DNA of 63,958 bases, counting the filler, from Craspedostauros australis (Eukaryota): assembly GCA_030167865.1 (NCBI GenBank). It is 8 parts of 8 records of this genome, joined end to end, with 100 filler letters (N's around TTAATTAATTAA, not from the genome) between each part and the next. Parts side by side here need not be neighbours in the genome. Positions count along the whole stretch, not along the records: positions 60,535 to 62,642 come from JALAGF010003582.1; positions 62,743 to 63,958 come from JALAGF010003594.1; 6 more parts are not named here. One strand, written 5' to 3'. A program made the translations under genes and the position numbers. This document shows positions 61,340 through 63,958 of the stretch, one piece after another. Position 1 is the first letter of the stretch, and each line of letters starts with the position of its first letter. The notes under the pieces were generated by a model. It was not told the origin of the DNA and made no database searches. It saw only the letters and a program-made list of their open reading frames with translations.

Positions 61340-61724
61340 ATCCATCCATCCATCCATCCATCCATCCATCCATCCATCCATCCATCCATCCATCCATCCA
61401 TCCATCCATCCATCCATCCATCCATCCATCCANNNNNNNNNNNNNNNNNNNNNNNNNNNNNNNNNNNNNNNNNNNNNNNNNNNNNNNNNNNNNNNNNNNN
61501 NNNNNNNNNNNNNNNNNNNNNNNNNNNNNNNNNNNNNNNNNNNNNNNNNNNNNNNNNNNNNNNNNNNNNNNNNNNNNNNNNNNNNNNNNNNNNNNNNNNN
61601 NNNNNNNNNNNNNNNNNNNNNNNNNNNNNNNNNNNNNNNNTCCATCCATCCATCCATCCATCCATCCATCCATCCATCCATCCATCCATCCATCCATCCA
61701 TCCATCCATCCATCCATCCATCCA
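61340..61724. repeat. Long (ATCC)n microsatellite spanning an assembly gap (61433-61640)
   Basis: More than 20 perfect units on each side of the N gap. Confidence 0.97.
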
Positions 61725-62142
61725 AACAATGATCTTCCAATTTGACTGCAGCCGCATGCAGGAAAGGTTGGAATGTCTTTGTCCAACTGATGGAGCAAGA
61801 ATCGGAGATTGTGAGAAGGTCTGTGGTGTCTGCCGCGCAGTTGGATGGCTTGAGAGCGGCACCGACATGACAAAATCCGGCTAAGTAACTCGTGATTCGA
61901 GTATCTGCGTTCTATCGCCTTCGTGTCGCAACGCTCTCTTGGCCTTTACCAGGTGTGTCTCTCATAAGACACAAAGGCTTGACAGCGATGTTTCGTGGGC
62001 GATTGCATTTTCATGCTCACAAAACGAAGCCGACAAACAACACCACACCACACCACACCACACCACACCACACCACACCACACCGCACATCAAATCAAAT
62101 CATCCGCAAACACAAACTCAACGACAGGAACGGCAGCAACGA

Positions 62143-62642
62143 ATGCAAAAACATCTCGAAGCCAAAAATCGCCCGCAACACCGAGAACATTGCCATAAAT
62201 CTGACATGGGCTCTCCCACAACCTCCACCTCCACCTCAGCTTCAGCCGCATCCGCAGCCACACTCACAACCAAAACAAACAGGCACATATCGCAGCGCAT
62301 CACGATGCAACAGCAACAGAAAAAGTCAGGACAATGGGGGCAACAGCCTTGGCGACGATCGCCAGTATCATCCTTCGAGCATATCGGCCGCATGAAGACA
62401 GAAGACAAGGTTGATCGCGTTCTTCCCGACTCCTTCACTCCGAAACCTGACCATGTGATCTGCGCGAGAGGCACGGGATACTGGCACCATCAAGGAAACG
62501 TCATGTACAGACATCTCATCGAGAACGCTATCCCACGATACACGAAGACAACTTTCCGACTGCAAAAGAGCATCATCGTTTCCGAGATTGCCGATGCTAT
62601 CGACGCATGGTCACCGCACAGCGGATTCGTCAAGCGCAGCGC
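62143..62642 (+). CDS. DUF6824-type diatom protein, 3'-truncated
   Basis: P.PDHVICARG..YWHHQGNVMYRHLI....PRY......KSIIVSEIADAI......GFVK matches the DVLCGRG..HxGN..K..IV..GGFVK pattern. The start could also be 62305 or 62392. Confidence 0.78.
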
Positions 62643-62742
62643 NNNNNNNNNNNNNNNNNNNNNNNNNNNNNNNNNNNNNNNNNNNNTTAATTAATTAANN
62701 NNNNNNNNNNNNNNNNNNNNNNNNNNNNNNNNNNNNNNNNNN

Positions 62743-63837
62743 CAGGGAGGCGCGGTAATCCCTATCATCGGCGTATCACAAAAGGGTATTTTTCGTAGCA
62801 AAACGGTGTTCCACACCTCTTTTCATGCTTTTTACTCGCGATTCCTGATGCTTTCTGTTACGACATCCTGTGTCTGTATCGCATGTACTGCGGAAGTCGT
62901 GCTTCACCCCATGCGCAATGGGCGATATTTGGCACCCCCCTGGTTTTTTCCGTTTCTGCTACGTGACTTCTGGGAAGGAGGCATGCTGGTGCAAGAGCCA
63001 CCCAAGTCACTTGTAGCGGACGAGCTCCTGGGCGTACCAAAGCATAGTGCAATGATTTGGATTGTCTGTTGCGACGATCATTGTGAATAGAGCAATAAAT
63101 GTGGAATAGAGCGCAGAGGCGGCAAGTGTGCCAACATAGTATCATATGATATAATAGATGGTTGTGAAGGTGACGTTGTAATACAATTTTGATGACTTGT
63201 GTACCCGTATGCAATGGATGACTTCTAGGAAATGGTAGACTGCTCAACCCAAACCAGTCGCAAGAGTCGATGCCATCGGCTTGCTTGTCTCGTTCGATCA
63301 ACACGTGACGAACACAGACCGCTCATGTGAGTCCCAGGTGCGATACCTGCAGTGGAAAAGGGCCGTTCTGGCGGCGACGAATCTGTTCTGCTTCGCATTC
63401 GCACCAACCGACGCCAGCTCAATGGGGGGGCTTTCTTGGCACGCAGCGCAGTTCGTGATCTTCATCAGGTAGGGAAGTTACATCAGTTCTACGTGGGAAT
63501 GTGGAAAGAGTCCCAGCGAAAAGGGAAATACGACGAGGCGAATGGAAATATAAAATAAATTATATTGTAATTCCGGCCCTCTCTCCCCAGCAATTCCACC
63601 CAAAAAGGGAAAAATCTCACACTGCCATCGTCTTGATATCCGTAAGGAATTTTTCGGGACTGAGGAGTCCACTTACGGCTAAGTGGATTCCTCAGTCCAC
63701 TTACCATTTTTGTTGTTTCGTAAGTGGACTNNNNNNNNNNNNNNNNNNNNNNNNNNNNNNNNNNNNNNNNNNNNNNNNNAAAAAAGTAGTCGAATTTCGC
63801 TCATCTGAGAAAAGACTACTTCGACCACCCCACCCTG
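62743..63837. mobile_element. Candidate non-autonomous DNA transposon (hAT-like CAGGG termini)
   Basis: The contig starts CAGGGAGGCGCGGT, and the reverse complement ending at 63837 reads CAGGGTGGGGTGGT (11/14 match). Subterminal AGTCCACTTAC repeats occur in both orientations; no convincing ORF. The TSD cannot be tested. Confidence 0.42.
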
Positions 63838-63958
63838 TCACATTTTTTGGATTCTTCGTGTTGTTGTGTGTAACCTTGTGCACACAGCGATTTTGCATTG
63901 AGACGCACCTCCTCCGTTCTTTCCTTACACAAATACTCTCTCCATCCCCACAATAACA

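Noticed and set aside
61340..61724. (ATCC)n as a telomere or as a HPSI/WMDG-repeat protein
   Set aside because: It is internal, is not a TTAGGG-type repeat, and the ORFs are translation artefacts of a microsatellite.

Overview
This is not one locus. It is 8 contigs joined by artificial 100-nt N spacers containing TTAATTAATTAA: 1-31673, 31774-44340, 44441-48993, 49094-53616, 53717-57025, 57126-60434, 60535-62642 and 62743-63958. The DNA is eukaryotic nuclear sequence, most likely from a diatom, judging by GT-AG introns of about 200-380 nt, ASAFAP-like plastid presequences, and DUF6824-type and other diatom-expanded families. Contig 1 carries an ABC1K-beta-lactamase fusion, a spliced galectin-fold+RRM protein, BOP1/Erb1, GCP2, a GT64 glycosyltransferase, several membrane proteins, and a 5-exon PNUTS-like gene (TFIIS-N + RVxW + 2 RRM) that the ORF track misses. 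Contig 2 repeats the same 3441-bp ABC1K block in a different neighbourhood (TPR-like protein, TGS1, EGF membrane protein, HflX), and contig 3 carries it a third time, inverted. Contig 4 encodes a STAND/AAA_16-type ATPase broken by two in-frame TGA codons. Contigs 5 and 6 are two variants of a Crinkler/RHS-like NTPase + restriction-endonuclease-fold gene that differ only in a central patch. Contig 8 looks like a non-autonomous DNA transposon with nested hairpins. All family calls come from motif recognition by eye; no database search was run.
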